Positions 19,113-27,634 of a DNA stretch of 33,746 nucleotides are shown piece by piece. The notes below the pieces were generated by a model. The model saw only the letters and a program-made list of their open reading frames with translations, made no database searches and was not told the DNA's origin. This stretch comes from Myxococcota bacterium (GTDB lineage Bacteria > Myxococcota_A > UBA796 > GCA-2862545). The stretch's first letter is position 1; each line of letters opens with the position of its first letter. The stretch lies in contig JBCCQY010000102.1 of NCBI GenBank assembly GCA_039208735.1, forward strand, positions 1 to 33,746, read 5' to 3'. Position numbers and translations under genes: made by a program.

Positions 19113-20071
19113 TAACTCGAACCAGGATTCTTGCCGCAAGCCGCGGCATGGGAGATGTCGATCTTTCCTGTGCCCGCAGGCGGATCCAGGACGAAGCGAG
19201 GTCGGGACAGCCCCGAAAGTCGGGGTGCCAAGGCTTCCTCAAGCTGACGAGCCTCTTCGGTCGAGACCCGAAGGTGGGCATTGCCGGCCGCTCGGTCCGT
19301 GACGTGGAGGTAGTAGGGGCGGACGCGGCGTCGCAGCATCGCACGGCAGAGTTCGGTAAGGGTTTCGACATCGGCGTTGACGCCGCGGAGCAGCACGGCC
19401 TGGTTCAGCACGGGCACACCGGCATCGACCATCCGAGCCAACGCGTCATCCACGTCGTGCGAAAGTTCCCGCGGGTGATTGCAATGCACGATCACCCATA
19501 GGGGTCCATGGCGCCGAAGGAGGTCGACGAAGCCTTGCGTCACCCGTTGAGGGTAGGTGATGGGGGCGCGCGTGTGAATCCGCCGAACCGGCACGTTGGA
19601 CAGCGCACTCAGCGTGTCATCCAACTGGCGGTCGGTCAGCATCAGCGGGTCGCCACCCGACAGGATGACCTCTTCAACGCCTGCGTTACGCACATAGTCA
19701 AGGGCCATCGCCCACTCTTCAGGGGTCGGATCGAGGGCTGCGGAGGGATGATGGTTGCGTCGGAAACAGTACCGGCAATGCAAATGACAGCGCTTGGTCG
19801 CGAGGAGGAGCACCCGGTTCGGATACTTGTGCACCACCCACGGCACGGGACTGCAGGCCGCATCGCCCACCGGATCCGGCTCATCCTGGGGATGGGCCTC
19901 GAGTTCACGGGGATCCGGCATCACCTGGAGCCCAAGGGGATCTGCAGGGTCGGTCGGGTCGAGGCGATCCCAAAAGGATCGGGTAATCCGGATCGCGAAG
20001 ACGCCGTCCACGTCACGCAGGGTATCGGTTAGATCGGGCCGTGCACGCAGGACTTCGTGAGCACGCACCAT
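19112..20071 (-). CDS. epmB: KamA-family radical SAM lysine 2,3-aminomutase (EF-P beta-lysylation)
   Basis: DPVGD, VHKYPNRVL, CHLHCRYCFR, ILSGGDPL, NQAVLLRGVN and PYYLH; divergent from efp-epmA. Start could extend to 20098. Confidence 0.92.
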   Translation of the reverse strand: MVRAHEVLRARPDLTDTLRDVDGVFAIRITRSFWDRLDPTDPADPLGLQVMPDPRELEAHPQDEPDPVGDAACSPVPWVVHKYPNRVLLLATKRCHLHCRYCFRRNHHPSAALDPTPEEWAMALDYVRNAGVEEVILSGGDPLMLTDRQLDDTLSALSNVPVRRIHTRAPITYPQRVTQGFVDLLRRHGPLWVIVHCNHPRELSHDVDDALARMVDAGVPVLNQAVLLRGVNADVETLTELCRAMLRRRVRPYYLHVTDRAAGNAHLRVSTEEARQLEEALAPRLSGLSRPRFVLDPPAGTGKIDISHAAACGKNPGSS

Positions 20072-20118
20072 GCGCGGTGGAGCCGCCATTTGCACCAACT
20101 GAATCGAGGACCGAGCTC

Positions 20119-20682
20119 ATGTATCAAACGTCGGACATCAAAAACGGCCTGAAGGTCGAGATCGACGGAGCCCCCTACATCGTGACCTACTTCCAGTTCG
20201 TCAAGCCGGGCAAGGGCCAGGCGTTCACGCGAACGAAGCTGAAGAATCTGCTCACGGGCAACGTGCTCGATCGCACGTTCAAGACAGGGGAAACGCTGGA
20301 GCCGGCCGACATTACCGAGGCCGCCCACCAGTACATGTACAACGACGGCGAAGCCTACCACTTCATGAACCTCGAAAGCTTCGACCAGATCGCGATGGAA
20401 GAGGATGCGGTGGGCGACGCCAAGAACTTCCTCGTTGAAGAGATGCAGGTCGACGTGATGTTCTACAAAGAACGTCCCGTTTCGGTGTCGTTGCCCAACT
20501 TTGTCGAACTGCAGATCGAGTACTGCGAGCCAGGCGTGAAGGGGAACACCGCCCAGGGTGCCACCAAGCCCGCTACGCTCACCACGGGCCACACGGTCAA
20601 CGTTCCTTTGTTCATCGAGCAGGGTGAAACTCTGAAAATCGACACCCGCACGGGCGACTACGTCGAGCGCGTTCGGAAGTGA
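20119..20682 (+). CDS. efp: Translation elongation factor P
   Basis: VKPGKGQAF (modified Lys), PGVKGNTA, KPATL and VPLFI...IDTRTGDYVER; GAGGA RBS. Confidence 0.98.
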   Translation: MYQTSDIKNGLKVEIDGAPYIVTYFQFVKPGKGQAFTRTKLKNLLTGNVLDRTFKTGETLEPADITEAAHQYMYNDGEAYHFMNLESFDQIAMEEDAVGDAKNFLVEEMQVDVMFYKERPVSVSLPNFVELQIEYCEPGVKGNTAQGATKPATLTTGHTVNVPLFIEQGETLKIDTRTGDYVERVRK

Positions 20683-21563
20683 CCGACCGAGCCGGGCTCG
20701 CCCGAGCCCTTCGGGACCGGGCCCGGGTGCTCCACGCGCTGCGGAGCACGTTCGCGGAACGTGGCTACCTCGAAGTCCTCACGCCCTGCTTGGTGCCGTC
20801 ACCCGCCCTCGAACCCTACTTGCATCCCGTGCCTGCCGGAGACGGATTCCTGCGGACCTCGCCCGAGTTTGCGCTGAAGCGTGCGTTGGCCTGCGGAATG
20901 GGCCGCATCTACGAGATTGGCCCCTGCTTTCGGGCACGGGAAGACGGTCCGTTTCACCGCACTGAATTCACGATGTGCGAGTGGTATCGGCCGGGGGCGA
21001 ACCTCGACGATCTGATGGACGAGGTGGAAGTCTTGGTCGCAGCCGCAGCTCACGCGGTGGGGCGTCGGGCTCCCACGTTCGCTCGCCGAACCGTCGCCGA
21101 GGTGTTTGAAGCGGCCACCGGGCTCAACCCGCTTACGGCGACGGCAACAGAACTGTCCCCGGTGCCCGAGTCCTACGACGATGCCTTCGCTCGCCGGTGG
21201 GTCACCGATGTTGAACCCACCCTTACATCACCGCTGTTCGTGCGCGACTGGCCAGCCAGTCAGGCTGCATTGGCCCGGGTGGTTCCATCGACCCACGGAC
21301 CCGTGGCCGCGCGGTTCGAAGTCTACCTGGGGGGCGTTGAACTCGCGAACGCGTTTCTGGAGCTGCTCGACCCCGTCGAACTGCGCCGCCGCTTTCACGA
21401 GGCCAACGCGTTGCGGGCCCAGTTGGGAGACCCCCCTCACCCCATCGACGAAGGGCTGCTCGAAGCGGTTGGCCAGATGCCTCCGACCTCGGGCATTGCG
21501 ATGGGTGTCGACCGATTGCTGGCCGGCCTCCTCGAACGTCCTGACCTGGGGCCTTCGCTTTAG
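20679..21563 (+). CDS. epmA: EF-P lysine aminoacylase (GenX/PoxA)
   Basis: LRTSPEFALKR, FRARE, EFTMCEWYR, RFEVY..GVELANAF and GIAMGVDRL; class II aaRS core without an anticodon domain; coupled to efp. Confidence 0.95.
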   Translation: MTDRAGLARALRDRARVLHALRSTFAERGYLEVLTPCLVPSPALEPYLHPVPAGDGFLRTSPEFALKRALACGMGRIYEIGPCFRAREDGPFHRTEFTMCEWYRPGANLDDLMDEVEVLVAAAAHAVGRRAPTFARRTVAEVFEAATGLNPLTATATELSPVPESYDDAFARRWVTDVEPTLTSPLFVRDWPASQAALARVVPSTHGPVAARFEVYLGGVELANAFLELLDPVELRRRFHEANALRAQLGDPPHPIDEGLLEAVGQMPPTSGIAMGVDRLLAGLLERPDLGPSL

Positions 21564-22645
21564 GCCAAGGCTGCGACCACCGTCGCAACCGGGTCCGTCA
21601 CGTCATGCACGGCGATGTGTTGCTGGGTCGCGAAGAAGTAAGCGAAGTCAGCCGGGGGTTCGCTCGTGTCGAGCAAGACGGGGATGAGGGGTTTGCCGTA
21701 GCGATCTGCAAGGTACACTTCGCGTTTGACGTGGTTCGACGCGTACGCATGCACCGAACAGAACACCAGGACGATTTCGGCGCGTTGCAGGGCATCGACA
21801 ATGGCCCCTGCCCACTGCGTACCGGCCTGGATGCGCTTGTCCATCCAAGGCTCCACGCTCGTTTTCACCAAGCCCGCAACGATGGGATCCACCAACGTGC
21901 GGTCCTGGTGGGCGTACGAGACAAAGGCGCTCCGCTTGGCCCCCAAGGCGGGCGCCGGCAAGGTCACCGGAGGCGCCGTCAATCGGTGCGGGGGTGTCGC
22001 GAACGGTCGCATCATCAAGGTGCCCACCACCCCAAGGGTGATGCCCAAACCGAGAGCCAGTCCAACCAATAGGCCCGAGACCCACGGTGGAGGTGCACTA
22101 AGTCCGGGCCCCGACGGCAAGGCAAAGAACACGGCCAATCCTGCTATGCCAAGGAGAAGACCGAGCACCAACAAGAGACTTGCCCATCCCCCTGACCGGC
22201 GTGACGCCTTACGAGTGCCCACCGAAGTGGGAAGTGGCCCTGGAGCGACAAAGCCATCGGTCACGGGGTCCGGAGAAGGAGAAGCGAGCAAGGTGTCGAG
22301 TCCGCTCGCAAGGTCGTGGCCAGAGGCCCCCACCGGCACCACCGGGAGGTCGGCCAACCCAAGCGGCAACGGGGTGTCATCAAGCGCCACGAGCAGAAGT
22401 CGGTTCTCGGCCCACGCCGCCACCGCCGCCGATTCGATAGCTTTGCGGTCCGGCATCGACGAAAGCGCATTCGACCAGGCCACCAAGAAGGCTTCCCCGA
22501 ACTCGAATGACGTCATGAAGGCGGCCAGCTGCAGTCGAACCTTGAGTTCGGGCAGGGCGCTACGCAGCCAGCCCGACACCCGCTCGGCGTCCTCTTCGTT
22601 CGCCGCCAACACCACGACCGAACGACCGCCCTCTTCGACCATCAT
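21560..22645 (-). CDS. Membrane protein with a C-terminal TIR (TIR_2) domain and a probable degenerate N-terminal TIR-like domain
   Basis: AFVSYAHQD...WMD..I.AG..W...I...L....VLVFCS....S.HVKREV..A....KPLIPVLLD; two hydrophobic helices in the middle of the protein. Confidence 0.85.
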   Translation of the reverse strand: MMVEEGGRSVVVLAANEEDAERVSGWLRSALPELKVRLQLAAFMTSFEFGEAFLVAWSNALSSMPDRKAIESAAVAAWAENRLLLVALDDTPLPLGLADLPVVPVGASGHDLASGLDTLLASPSPDPVTDGFVAPGPLPTSVGTRKASRRSGGWASLLLVLGLLLGIAGLAVFFALPSGPGLSAPPPWVSGLLVGLALGLGITLGVVGTLMMRPFATPPHRLTAPPVTLPAPALGAKRSAFVSYAHQDRTLVDPIVAGLVKTSVEPWMDKRIQAGTQWAGAIVDALQRAEIVLVFCSVHAYASNHVKREVYLADRYGKPLIPVLLDTSEPPADFAYFFATQQHIAVHDVTDPVATVVAALA

Positions 22646-23376
22646 TCTTCCTCCAGAAGCTGCCAGCCTGCATCAGAATCTGGCAGCCGGCGCACCAAGA
22701 ACCGCAGCTCTTCCTCCGCCTCCAGTTGAAACGAAAATTCGTGTTGCACCGGCTCGTCGCCACCGTAGTCCGTCACCAACACTTCGCAGTGCGAAGAACG
22801 GCCACGATCGAACACCACCTCGGTGTCGATCGCTCCCGTCTCGACATCGTGCCGCATTCGGGCTGACCCTTCGAAACACGCCGCGAGTAGACTCACCTCC
22901 TCGGGATCTTCACCGTCTAGCGCGACGTGAACGAAGCCCCGCGGGCGCGGAGTGAGCTGAACAACTTGGGTACAGGCCCCGCCCAGCCAACCAACCGCGA
23001 CAGGTTCGTAGTCGCGAGGGTAGAACCAGGCCATCCCCAGCGCCTGTCGGGGTTGCAGAGTGACCCAAGCCCCATCGACCGTCGCCGGGATTCGCCCCAG
23101 AGATTCTGACGACTCGAGGTCGAGTTCGTAGGCGAGCACCGCTCGAACGGGCCGGGACAGCTCACAGTGAACGTCAACATGCTCGGGCAGGCCCAGAGGC
23201 TCGTCGTCCTCGGGGAATTCGTCCCCCGCCACCACCGGGGGCGTAGCAGGGGGCGTTGGGAGCACCTCAGGCAAGGTCGGGGCCGGGCTTGACCAAGGCC
23301 AAAACCACGCCAGCACAAGAACAACGACCAGCAATCCGATGGCCAGGTTCCGGAGTCGACGCCTGCCTACGCTCAC
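22642..23376 (-). CDS. Hypothetical bitopic membrane protein
   Basis: RRRLRN followed by a TM helix, a Pro-rich linker and a beta-rich domain with 4 Cys; its stop overlaps the TIR gene start. Confidence 0.7.
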   Translation of the reverse strand: MSVGRRRLRNLAIGLLVVVLVLAWFWPWSSPAPTLPEVLPTPPATPPVVAGDEFPEDDEPLGLPEHVDVHCELSRPVRAVLAYELDLESSESLGRIPATVDGAWVTLQPRQALGMAWFYPRDYEPVAVGWLGGACTQVVQLTPRPRGFVHVALDGEDPEEVSLLAACFEGSARMRHDVETGAIDTEVVFDRGRSSHCEVLVTDYGGDEPVQHEFSFQLEAEEELRFLVRRLPDSDAGWQLLEEE

Positions 23377-23389
23377 GGCTCCTCCACGG

Positions 23390-24115
23390 TCAAACCGTCA
23401 GACCACCATCCACGATGAAGGTCTGACCCGTGATGTACTCGGAATGTGGACCGGAAAGGAACCGGACCATGTGCGCGATTTCTTCGGGCTGACCCATGCG
23501 TCGCAGCGGGATTCGTGCAAGCAGTTCCGTTCGCTGATCGTCGGTCAGCTCGTCGGTCATGTCGGTCTGGATGAATCCGGGCGCCACCGCGTTCACCCGG
23601 ATGTTGCGCCGCGCCATCTCACGCGAAAGCGATTGCGTGAGTGCAATCACCGCCGCCTTACTCGCGCTGTAGTTGACTTGACCTGGGTTGCCGCGCACAC
23701 CTGACACGCTGGTGATGTTGATGATCGACCCACCGCGTTTCTTCACCATGGCGGGAAGCGCGGCTCGGCACATGCGGAAGGTGCCGCCCGCGTTGACATT
23801 CATCACCTTGTCCCACTGCTCGTCCTTCATGCGGAGGGCGAGCCCGTCGGCCGTAACGCCTGCGTTGTTGACGAGGACGTCGGCCCCTCCCCATTCGGAG
23901 GCTGCATTCACGAGCGCATCGCAGCCCTCGGCGGTGGCGACGTTGGCCTGCACTGCAACCCCGCCGATAGCCTCGGCCACGGCACGGGCCTCGTCATGCG
24001 AACTCGCATAGCCGATGACCACCTGCGCCCCTGCACTGGCAAGCCCCTTTGCAATGGCCTTTCCGATTCCGCGCGATCCACCTGTGACGATCGCGACCTT
24101 CCCCTGCAGTTCCAC
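23390..24115 (-). CDS. fabG: 3-oxoacyl-ACP reductase
   Basis: [43 protein letters not shown] and YITGQ..VDGG. Confidence 0.9.
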   Translation of the reverse strand: MELQGKVAIVTGGSRGIGKAIAKGLASAGAQVVIGYASSHDEARAVAEAIGGVAVQANVATAEGCDALVNAASEWGGADVLVNNAGVTADGLALRMKDEQWDKVMNVNAGGTFRMCRAALPAMVKKRGGSIINITSVSGVRGNPGQVNYSASKAAVIALTQSLSREMARRNIRVNAVAPGFIQTDMTDELTDDQRTELLARIPLRRMGQPEEIAHMVRFLSGPHSEYITGQTFIVDGGLTV

Positions 24116-24156
24116 GTGGTCCTCTCGACGTCCGGTCGGGTCGACCGGGGTGGACC

Positions 24157-24185
24157 AGCGTGGCCGTGTCCCCGCCCGCTGTCAA
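24157..24185 (-). promoter_or_regulatory. Candidate sigma70 promoter for fabG
   Basis: Minus strand TTGACA (24185-24180), 17-bp spacer, then CACGCT (24162-24157); the -10 element is weak. Confidence 0.4.
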
Positions 24186-24262
24186 GCAGGGTCGATCCCC
24201 GGCGACCCGCGCGGACGGTTCGCGTGACCTACGATACTCTGGTCAGGCTGGAGGTCCCTGTC

Positions 24263-24979
24263 GTGCAAGAGCCGACCGATCCCCGATCGAACCCGGTGAG
24301 CCCCGTCATCCCGCTCCCGGTGTGTGGCTACTGCGACGAATTCGTGGACCCCACGTTGCACCTGCCGTGCCCCACGTGTGGGGCCCATGCCCACCACCAC
24401 TGCCTGGTGAAACATGGGGGATGCCCAACTCCAGGGTGCGAGGTCACCGGACCGATCGCTCGCCCAACGGTGGCCGCTCGAACCCTTCCTCCCGTCGAAC
24501 GGGTGGCGACTCTCGCCATCGGGCGCTCCGAGCGAGGCCTTCGTCGTTGGACGAGCACTGCGGGAGGATTCAGCTTCTCGCTCGGCGCGGGCGGCGTCAT
24601 CCTCTCGCTCATCGCCGTGGGGAGCCCCGCTGGCGTGTTCTTGGGGTCCGCCGGCTTGATCGTAGGCACCACCTTCATGGTCCTTGGGGCGTGGCTCCAT
24701 TCGCTGGTGACCCTCTATGCCTCTCCCCTGGGCCTGGGGTCCCTCCGCACCATCAGCGCCATCCTGGCGGGCACCTGCCTCGGCAGCGGCTTGGTCGGGT
24801 TGCTGGGATCGACGATTGGCCTTGCCATCCTCGACACGGGGGCCGCCTTCGCTTCGGCCGAAGCGCTCCGCCTTGCCGTCGCGGCTTCGTCAGCCCTCCT
24901 TTCGGGAGGGGCCCTCGTGTTGTCGGGGGGCTTGAACCTGGTCCTGCTGGCGCTCGATATGGTTCGTCGACAGCGGTGA
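24263..24979 (+). CDS. Prokaryotic RING-finger-like (Prok-RING_1 type) protein with about 4 TM helices
   Basis: CGYC-x11-CPTCGAHAHHHCLVKHGGCPTPGC followed by hydrophobic helices; GGAGG RBS before GTG at 24263. Confidence 0.72.
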   Translation: MQEPTDPRSNPVSPVIPLPVCGYCDEFVDPTLHLPCPTCGAHAHHHCLVKHGGCPTPGCEVTGPIARPTVAARTLPPVERVATLAIGRSERGLRRWTSTAGGFSFSLGAGGVILSLIAVGSPAGVFLGSAGLIVGTTFMVLGAWLHSLVTLYASPLGLGSLRTISAILAGTCLGSGLVGLLGSTIGLAILDTGAAFASAEALRLAVAASSALLSGGALVLSGGLNLVLLALDMVRRQR

Positions 24980-26854
24980 TCACCGAGGTCCGATCAACTC
25001 GGGCTCCCCAAACGCTGCCGTCTCCAGGAAGTTGACGTAGACATCGGCTGCATCTGCGTTCTGGAACAGAACGCCATGACCGCCGCCCAGCCACTGGTGA
25101 AAGCCAGCGGTGATGGTTCGGCCATCGAAGCCTTGGGCGTTGTCTCGAACGGGCAGGTCCTGCGGTTCGCCCACACGAGCGCGCAAGCCCTCCGCCCGTG
25201 TGGCCGGAAGGCCCACAAACGGCACGTGCGCGGCGGTAGCAAGGGCAATTGCGGTGCGAAATGGCGTCGCCGCGTCCGCCGTGCCGGAGGTCACCAACAC
25301 CGGTACGCTTCGCTGGCCATCCCACCACCCTGGCTCGGCAAACCAATAGCGGGCATAGTTTGCCGGATCTGTTGGTTCGACCAAGGTTTGGACCAAGGCA
25401 AGCACTGGATGCAACGGCGTCATCGGTTCTTCGGGGGCCAGATTGGCGAGCACCCGCACAAACTGTTCAAAGTCCAGTGGATCCTTTCGTTCCACTAAGG
25501 TGATCGCGAGCACGGCTCCCGTTCCCGACAACACCATGGCCTTGAGGTCCGCTCCGACGAAGGGCCCCGCTAGGGCTCCGGTGAGTCCGCCCTGGCTGTG
25601 GCCCATGAACAAGATGCGGTCGGGGTCGGTGACCACGACCCGACCATCGTCGGTCGACCATCGTTGGGGGCGATTCGCAAGTGACCGGGCAAGGTAAAGG
25701 AGGTCGACGGCTCCTTGCCGAAAATTGGTGACCCCAGAGTCGGGATTCGTGACGTTGAAATGCGCGAGATCGCTTGCATTGTCGGACCCCGGACGCGTCC
25801 CGTGCAAGGTCTGGTCGATGCCAATTCCGACGATGCCGCGAGCCCCGAGGCGGTTCATGACCTCGAGCGCGCGGTCGCTATTGCAGAATGTCCGGTAATT
25901 GCCGCCCGTTCCGTGCTGGTAGATGACGACGGGCCAGCCCCCCTCCGGCGGTTCGCCATGGGGTACGCACACCGCCGTGCGCATTCGATCCCACGCCGTG
26001 ACGACAGGCACGCCATCCTCACCGATACGGAAGTTGCCCCCTTCGCTCAAGAAAGGAGGTTCTCCCTCGGTGAAGACGGGCGAGAGGTACTCGGTGACAT
26101 ACGCCGTGTACTGCGCCCGCCCTTCGAGCTGTCGTAGGGGCACGGCATCCAGGTCGGCGGGGGGCAATCGACGTTGGACGATGTCGGCGATCGATGCGAG
26201 TTCGCCAATGGGGTCCATGGTCGTGAAGACCGTGGCAAACGCGATGTTGTCCGTGGTCCAGCCGGTTCTCTGCAGTGCCCGAACGAGGTTTGCATCGTGG
26301 TCGGAGGCGTCGGACGAAAGCCGGGTGGCCCATTCGGGATGCCGTTTGACGGCCTGTTGCGACAGCACCAGTGCATAGGTGGTGCTTGGCCGCAGCGGGT
26401 AGCCCGGCCAGGGCGCAACCGCGAGGAGGTGTTGCGGTTGGTAGTCCGACTTCTCGAACGTGGTTTGTTCCCACTGAATTGGCCGCTGTTCACCGAAGTA
26501 GGCCGAGGTCGGGTCGATATCGATCAGCGTGAGCGACGCCGAGGAGGCGGTTCCATCGAAGGGGGCCGGCATGGCCAAGGGATCGACCGGGCCCGTGAGC
26601 GGCACGTAGATGGGCGCGTTCGTCGCGTAGCCCACCTGTTGGTCAGCCCGGTCGATGTAGGCTCCGAGGACCCCGCCCCCCACGTTGGGAAAGTTGCGCA
26701 CGGCCAACGTCCCATCGGGATCGAGCCGTTCGTCGGAAGGCCACGCCTGGTCCCAAAACGAACTCGACGCCGGCTCGTAGACAACCTCGGGCCGGTTCGG
26801 ATCGAGTTCGTCAGCCGGTTGACACGCAATCCACACGATGGCCAAGCTGAACAC
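24980..26854 (-). CDS. Lipase-like alpha/beta hydrolase, probable lipoprotein
   Basis: PVVIYQHGTGG, GHSQGG nucleophile elbow, D in GTADAATP, H in GGHG, N-terminal WPSD...FPN region; starts MFSLAIVWIAC (alternative ATG at 26908). Confidence 0.8.
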   Translation of the reverse strand: MFSLAIVWIACQPADELDPNRPEVVYEPASSSFWDQAWPSDERLDPDGTLAVRNFPNVGGGVLGAYIDRADQQVGYATNAPIYVPLTGPVDPLAMPAPFDGTASSASLTLIDIDPTSAYFGEQRPIQWEQTTFEKSDYQPQHLLAVAPWPGYPLRPSTTYALVLSQQAVKRHPEWATRLSSDASDHDANLVRALQRTGWTTDNIAFATVFTTMDPIGELASIADIVQRRLPPADLDAVPLRQLEGRAQYTAYVTEYLSPVFTEGEPPFLSEGGNFRIGEDGVPVVTAWDRMRTAVCVPHGEPPEGGWPVVIYQHGTGGNYRTFCNSDRALEVMNRLGARGIVGIGIDQTLHGTRPGSDNASDLAHFNVTNPDSGVTNFRQGAVDLLYLARSLANRPQRWSTDDGRVVVTDPDRILFMGHSQGGLTGALAGPFVGADLKAMVLSGTGAVLAITLVERKDPLDFEQFVRVLANLAPEEPMTPLHPVLALVQTLVEPTDPANYARYWFAEPGWWDGQRSVPVLVTSGTADAATPFRTAIALATAAHVPFVGLPATRAEGLRARVGEPQDLPVRDNAQGFDGRTITAGFHQWLGGGHGVLFQNADAADVYVNFLETAAFGEPELIGPR

Positions 26855-26925
26855 GGGCTCTCCGTTCGGAACGTGCTGCGTTCTGGCCGCCTGGATACGC
26901 CCGGGCATTGCGCCAGGAGTCGTTC

Positions 26926-27633
26926 GTGCAGCCAGGTCCCCTTCTTTATCAGGGAAAATCCAAGCAGGTCTTCGCGACCGACGATCCGGACCTCGTCGTC
27001 GTACGCTTTACGGACGAAGCCACCGCGTTCAACGCGAAAAAACAAGCAACCATTCCCGATAAGGGCCGCTTGAACTGCGCCATCTCAACGCTCTTGTTCG
27101 AGAAAGTTGGCGAGGCGGGCATTCGCCATCACTTGGTTCGGCCGTTGTCCGACACCGACTGGTTGTGCCACAAGGTCGAGATTTTGCCGATCGAAGTCGT
27201 GATTCGCTCGGTAGTCGCAGGGAGCTTCGCCCGCCGCTACGGCCTCGAAGAAGGCGATGTGCTGCCGCGCCCTGTGGTGGAGTTCTTCTACAAGTCCGAT
27301 CCCCTCGACGATCCCCTCGTCGGCGAAGATGCGATTCTCGCTATGGGATGGGCCGAACGCTGGGAGCTGCTCTTCGTGAGCGATGCCGCCCTAGCGATTC
27401 ATGAAGTGCTTCGTCGCACCTGGGCCGACGCCGGCATTCAGCTCGTGGATGCCAAGTACGAGTTTGGTCGATCGGACGGCCGGGTCCTCCTCGCCGACGA
27501 ACTCACACCTGACGGCGCCCGTTTGTGGGACGCGACCACGGGTCAGAAGCTCGACAAGGATGTGTTTCGGCGAGACCTCGGCAATCTAGGCGATGCCTAC
27601 CGTGAACTACACCGGCGGCTGAAAGGGAGCTGA
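26926..27633 (+). CDS. purC: SAICAR synthetase
   Basis: LYQGKSK, DEATAFN, PIEVVIR, EFFYKSD, KYEFG, LADELTPD and DKDVFR; AGGAG RBS before GTG. Confidence 0.95.
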   Translation: MQPGPLLYQGKSKQVFATDDPDLVVVRFTDEATAFNAKKQATIPDKGRLNCAISTLLFEKVGEAGIRHHLVRPLSDTDWLCHKVEILPIEVVIRSVVAGSFARRYGLEEGDVLPRPVVEFFYKSDPLDDPLVGEDAILAMGWAERWELLFVSDAALAIHEVLRRTWADAGIQLVDAKYEFGRSDGRVLLADELTPDGARLWDATTGQKLDKDVFRRDLGNLGDAYRELHRRLKGS

Positions 27634-27634
27634 C

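Noticed and set aside
19112..21563. epmB/efp/epmA cluster without epmC as novel
   Set aside because: This is the well-known EF-P beta-lysylation module; EpmC is often absent outside some Gammaproteobacteria.
21560..22645. Thoeris, CBASS or Pycsar assignment for the TIR gene
   Set aside because: No SIR2/Macro-SLOG effector, cyclase or other defence gene is adjacent; the neighbours are fabG and epmA.
24116..24262. Several small hairpins in the fabG/RING intergenic region as an ncRNA or riboswitch
   Set aside because: The stems are short and expected at this GC content, no recognisable riboswitch consensus is present, and divergent promoters explain the space.
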